Origin: a virus
Taxonomy: Duplodnaviria; Heunggongvirae; Uroviricota; Caudoviricetes
Virus record (IMG/VR): IMGVR_UViG_2778261180_000005
Direction: 5' to 3' (one strand)
Length of the DNA stretch: 36,121 nt
Every line of letters begins with the position of its first letter. The stretch's first letter is position 1. Positions 32,943 through 36,121 of this stretch are shown here, piece after piece. The notes below the pieces were generated by a model. It did no database searches. It saw only the letters and a list, made by a program, of their open reading frames with translations, and was not told the DNA's origin. The position numbers were made by a program, and so were the translations under genes.

Positions 32943-33884
32943 ATGTTATTTTCCGCTAACTTTTTCACTAACGAAGTAACCAACGCTAAAGCAGTTATCA
33001 AATTTGGCACCGAAGCAAACAAGAAGATTCAGCCGAAAGTTGTTGCTCATGTTTCCTTTGCGCAGCAGAAATCCGCTTTCGCTGGCTTTAAAGCACATCG
33101 TGAAGCACTGATCGCGGCTGGCTTTGGTGTTGACGGTAAACTGCCTAACGGCATTCGTAAAGCAATCGACCGCGTTAAACCTGCTAAAGACGTTGCAGTA
33201 GACCACATCGTTACTTTTACCGTTAAGAACTCTTCTGAACTGTTCCACCTGGTTATTGCTGGTGATACTGCTATCGTTTCCGCTCCTAACATGGATTTTC
33301 AGGATACCGCTGATTGCCAGATCACCTTCGGTCGTCGTAAAGAAGTTACCGGAAAAGCTAAACTGAACTTCACTAAATCCGGCAATCCTTACTTTGCTGT
33401 TTTCTTTAACAGCCACGCTACCGAAAAAGAAGTTGTAGAACTGGTTGCTTATGAAGGTGAAGAGAAAGAACGTATTGAATCTTGCGAAGCATTTCTGGAA
33501 CTGGAAGCACAGGTGAATGCTGTTTCTCCGGTTGTTGAAGATCGCTTTGCTGCACTGGAAGCACAGATCGCAGAACTGAAAGCTGCACTGGAAGAAAAAG
33601 ACCAGATTATCGAAGCACAGAAAGCTGAGATTGAAGAACTGAAAGCTAAAGAAGTTGCTCCGGTAGCAGTAGTTGAAAACGCGGCTGATGAGGCCGCAAA
33701 TGATGAAGTAGAAGTGAAAATCGATGTGATGCGTGATCCGATGGCTGCACTGCAATTACTTCGTTCTTTTAAGGGCAAATCTCATTTTTCTAGTGATGTA
33801 GAAGATGAGGAAGAAGAACAGAAACGCAATGCTGCAATGCTTCATGATGAAATGTACGGTACTAACTTTTCTTACTGCCAATAA
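32943..33884 (+). CDS. abundant-expression-type protein of unknown function (313 aa): globular N-domain, coiled coil, acidic C-terminus
   Basis: SD AGGAG. Codon choice is dominated by E. coli high-expression codons (CTG, GAA, AAA, CGT, GGT, GCT). Coiled coil FAALEAQIAELKAALEEKDQIIEAQKAEIEELKAK. Confidence 0.85.
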   Translation: MLFSANFFTNEVTNAKAVIKFGTEANKKIQPKVVAHVSFAQQKSAFAGFKAHREALIAAGFGVDGKLPNGIRKAIDRVKPAKDVAVDHIVTFTVKNSSELFHLVIAGDTAIVSAPNMDFQDTADCQITFGRRKEVTGKAKLNFTKSGNPYFAVFFNSHATEKEVVELVAYEGEEKERIESCEAFLELEAQVNAVSPVVEDRFAALEAQIAELKAALEEKDQIIEAQKAEIEELKAKEVAPVAVVENAADEAANDEVEVKIDVMRDPMAALQLLRSFKGKSHFSSDVEDEEEEQKRNAAMLHDEMYGTNFSYCQ

Positions 33885-33906
33885 AAAAGGGACTCCGAAG
33901 AGTCCC
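33883..33906. terminator. hairpin terminator (T-run on the minus strand only)
   Basis: GGGACTC-CGAA-GAGTCCC, preceded on the plus strand by AAAAAA. Confidence 0.55.
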
Positions 33907-33983
33907 TAGTAAGTTTAGGTTAGGTTTTGCACAACAAAGATGAGGTTATAATGAACATAATGCTACATTATTCTTTAAAGCCA

Positions 33984-34010
33984 GAAAAATAACCGCCCCC
34001 TTCGGGGCGG
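33984..34010 (-). terminator. rho-independent terminator after the 94-aa membrane protein gene
   Basis: Minus strand reads CCGCCCC-GAAG-GGGGCGG followed by TTATTTTT. Confidence 0.7.
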
Positions 34011-34168
34011 GAGGATTAATACTCAATCTATACTTGTTATGTTTTTATGTTGTATAGTCACTGACTATGAAAACACTGTACTGAATGTGTTTTATGGCTT
34101 TTAATCGGGAACTCTCTTTCGAAAATTCCCTGTTAAAACCACATAAGGAGAAAAGGCAGATTACAATA

Positions 34169-34453
34169 TTATTTAGTCTGTTTGAAAACAAACGTTAAAA
34201 ATTCGATTAAGCAATATACCCAAAGTACGGTCAGCATCAAATGCATAGCAATAGTTGGATGGAAGTTAAAAAGTGTCATACTAACTAGGCCAACAATATA
34301 AGAAATCCCTTCGACAATTAACGCAAGGCTAGCAAATGCAACAAACGCACCTAAGAATAATTCGCCTCGTTCTTTCGGTTCGGTTCCGAGTTTATAAGCA
34401 GAGATAGCAGCCAGAATAGTAATGATGACAGCATAGGTAATAAAAGTAGCCAT
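34169..34453 (-). CDS. integral membrane protein (94 aa, 3-4 predicted TM helices)
   Basis: Hydrophobic throughout. SD AAGAGGA. Directly downstream of the Nu1-like gene. Confidence 0.7.
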   Translation of the reverse strand: MATFITYAVIITILAAISAYKLGTEPKERGELFLGAFVAFASLALIVEGISYIVGLVSMTLFNFHPTIAMHLMLTVLWVYCLIEFLTFVFKQTK

Positions 34454-34479
34454 AGTTTTATATCCTCTTAAAAGTTAAG

Positions 34480-34498
34480 CGGGGGATGTTCTCCCCCG
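34480..34498 (-). other. intercistronic stem-loop
   Basis: CGGGGGA-5nt-TCCCCCG between the Nu1-like gene and the membrane protein gene. Confidence 0.5.
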
Positions 34499-34547
34499 TA
34501 GACGTTGACCCGTTCAACATCTTTCTCACTATTATTTATAACGCGTT

Positions 34548-35105
34548 TTAAGACACATCAAATTCATCGTCTTCTTCTGGTTCTTGTTCTTCCGGTTCAT
34601 CCATTAATGGTAATTCTTCTTCCTCGTCTTCTCCCAAATCTGCATTTTCGAACAAGTCCCCTACTTCATTTAAACGACGCTCGATAATCTCCCTTAGCTT
34701 ATTCTTTAATGTTTTCTGGTCAGTGGCAGATTCGAGAATTTCTAAAGCGTCGATTGTGGCGATCTGCAAAATAGTCTGCTTCACTTTCCCGCAGTATTCC
34801 GCTAGCTCCTGCTCCACATAACCGACGGGAATCAGGAGATTCATTTTTTCCTGGTTCTCTCGTTCGATGGCGTCCGCTAATGCTCTTTCTCTGCGGAGAC
34901 GTTCTTGATCAATCGCTTCTTTGATTGAAGTTTGTTTAAGTGGGTTAATTACGTTCTTTAGCACCCAATCGCAACCTTCCTTTGCTGGTACACGACGCGT
35001 GTGGGTGTTCATCGGTAGTCCCCTTTCTAACCATCGCTTACCGCCACCATTCAATGTATAGCCATATAAACGGGAAATTTCTGTAAGGGTTAATTCTTCT
35101 TTCAT
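34548..35105 (-). CDS. putative terminase small subunit, Nu1-like winged-HTH protein (185 aa)
   Basis: The N-terminus LTLTEISRLYGYTLNGGGKRWLERGLPM...VPAKEGCDWV parallels lambda Nu1 (KKQLADIFGASIRTIQNWQEQGMPV...). Coiled-coil middle, acidic tail. SD GGAGGA. Confidence 0.55.
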   Translation of the reverse strand: MKEELTLTEISRLYGYTLNGGGKRWLERGLPMNTHTRRVPAKEGCDWVLKNVINPLKQTSIKEAIDQERLRRERALADAIERENQEKMNLLIPVGYVEQELAEYCGKVKQTILQIATIDALEILESATDQKTLKNKLREIIERRLNEVGDLFENADLGEDEEEELPLMDEPEEQEPEEDDEFDVS

Positions 35106-35401
35106 TGGTTATCCTCCATTAAATTTGCGTAATTTTATTTATTGGTTTTACGCAAAATCTAAGCGCCTAAATCGCATTCTAACGAAGGGAAAGATCCAGT
35201 AATGGTAAGGGTTAGGAAGTGGGTTAATAGTCGCGTAGCGACCGCGCCATGAGTGAAGTGATCACGTTTTAGATCCTGACGCGCACATCAAATAACGGGG
35301 TGCCGAAAACTCGCTTTATTTCACCCGTGGAACAGTACCTTTTGATTTTGTCAAGTCTTTTTTATAAATAATCGAAAATATTTTTCACGCGAGGGCAAAT
35401 C

Positions 35402-35707
35402 ATGAAGACTAAAGATATTAAGATTGAATTTGAAACTGTTGATGACGTTCGGGAACATCGTATTGATTCTACTGGCTGCATCTTCCAGCTTACTAACTCC
35501 CCTATTGGATTGATTATCTATGTAGCAGAAGATGACGTGTACGCTATGTGGGATGGACAGGATGAATTTAAAGGCGGGAATAGCCATCTGATCAATACTC
35601 ATGAGGGATTCGATCCGACTCCTGTCTGTATGCTTGCTTATCACGTAACACTGGATGAACTACCGGAAGCAAGCGCGCGTATCCGTAAAATGAAAGATAT
35701 TAAGTGA
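35402..35707 (+). CDS. hypothetical protein (101 aa)
   Basis: SD GAGGG 6 nt upstream, terminator downstream. Preferred over the overlapping minus-strand ORF 35351-35644. Confidence 0.6.
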   Translation: MKTKDIKIEFETVDDVREHRIDSTGCIFQLTNSPIGLIIYVAEDDVYAMWDGQDEFKGGNSHLINTHEGFDPTPVCMLAYHVTLDELPEASARIRKMKDIK

Positions 35708-35726
35708 TGTAAGTGATTGATTCTAT

Positions 35727-35754
35727 AGCCCTGTCCTTGTGATGGGGCTTTTTT
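35727..35754 (+). terminator. rho-independent terminator
   Basis: AGCCCTGTC-5nt-GATGGGGCT (with G.T pairs) followed by TTTTTT. Confidence 0.7.
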
Positions 35755-35770
35755 ATTGCAAAAATTTTAG

Positions 35771-36121
35771 TTATTGGGGTTTACAACATTTAGGTTTGCC
35801 AATTCGCCTGGCTAACTCTTGCTGAGTGATTTCTGACTGTAAAAAAGCATTTAACAGCAATACTTTAGAGGCGACGCTCAAAGGTACTTCAATAAAGTGA
35901 TCATGACTATTTAATGGCGAAGGTAACGGGATAAGCTCGTTATCTTCAAAATAAAAATCAAATGCGGTCAGTAAAGCATCTTTTGCCGCTTCCATCGCTT
36001 CAGCGACAGTTTCGCCCTGCGTCAACGCTTCAGGGATATCCACAAAAGAAACCATATAACCGCCTTCCGGCGCGGGTGTAAGAGTGACGGGATAACGCAT
36101 AATTTCGACTGTCTCTCGCAT
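35771..36121 (-). pseudogene. hicB: hicB antitoxin gene truncated by the phage insertion (HicB residues 1-104 plus 5 phage-encoded codons CCKPQ)
   Basis: MRYPVTLTPAPEGGYMVSFVDIPEALTQGETVAEAMEAAKDALLTAFDFYFEDNELIPLPSPLNSHDHFIEVPLSVASKVLLLNAFLQSEITQQELARRIGKPK matches E. coli HicB as I recall it. The native protein continues QEITRLFN...; here it continues CCKPQ-stop. Confidence 0.85.

Larger units (their letters stand above)
1..35788. mobile_element. Integrated siphovirus-type prophage (right end at hicB junction; left end not visible in window)
   Basis: Contiguous packaging, head, tail, lysis, recombinase and regulatory genes. Match to chromosomal hicB stops at about 35788/35789. Confidence 0.7.

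Noticed and set aside
32946-33755. 269-aa minus-strand ORF (and nested 81- and 109-aa ORFs)
   Set aside because: Antisense to the codon-optimised 313-aa gene. F/C/N/S-rich nonsense composition. The plus-strand ORF has a strong SD and protein-like sequence.
33926-33951. Plus-strand promoter with a perfect TATAAT downstream of the 313-aa gene
   Set aside because: The best -35 (TTGCAC) is only 14 nt away, there is no TG extension, and no downstream plus-strand gene. Too weak to call.
35351-35644. 97-aa minus-strand ORF
   Set aside because: Overlaps the 101-aa plus-strand ORF, which has a proper SD and terminator. The minus ORF has neither.
35771-35800. Mu-like transposable phage end (phage DNA at the junction starts TG...)
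   Set aside because: No DDE transposase or MuB-like genes. A lambda-type terminase and a serine recombinase are present. A TG dinucleotide alone is meaningless.
1-36121. tRNA, tmRNA or rRNA genes
   Set aside because: I scanned the intergenic regions by eye for cloverleaf-compatible arms and conserved T-loop (GTTCGAATC-like) motifs and found none. This is not a substitute for tRNAscan.

Overview
Nearly the whole window (1 to ~35,788) is an integrated siphovirus-type phage genome. The last ~330 bp (35,789-36,121, minus strand) are the 5' part of a chromosomal hicB antitoxin gene. I recognise it from memory as E. coli-type HicB residues 1-104, and it is broken inside its C-terminal HTH by phage DNA. 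One long minus-strand late operon runs from 28,444 down to 4,903. In order it encodes a lambda gpA-type large terminase, a gpW-like protein, the portal, a prohead-protease/HK97-type capsid fusion and two head-tail adaptors. Next comes a tail-tube paralogue, an 1173-aa fibre with an S74 autochaperone end and three tandem ~100-aa Gly-rich paralogues. The operon continues with the canonical tube protein, G/GT-type chaperones and an 809-aa tape measure. It ends with a tip module (two minor tail proteins, an NlpC/P60 peptidase, a 1258-aa host-specificity protein) and a membrane-protein/M15-peptidase lysis region. To the left lie two T5orf172/GIY-YIG-like nuclease genes, a plus-strand large serine recombinase bracketed by terminators, and small secreted/membrane moron-like ORFs. 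The most unusual part is a ~6-kb mixed-strand island (28,445-34,547) that separates the Nu1-like small terminase gene (34,548-35,105) from the large terminase gene. The island holds a family of paralogous small HTH proteins, a Rha-type regulator, acidic proteins and a heavily codon-optimised 313-aa gene of unknown function. It also contains a 1.4-kb non-coding region with three parts: a cluster of G/C-clamped GNA-loop mini-hairpins mixed with CTAG-rich repeats; nine TTCAGGGGCAAAA iterons; and a near-consensus promoter with GTGTAGG operator repeats driving a ~400-nt untranslated leader. I saw no tRNA, rRNA, CRISPR array, recognisable replication enzyme or CI-type repressor. All family calls rest on motifs and synteny read by eye; no database search was possible.
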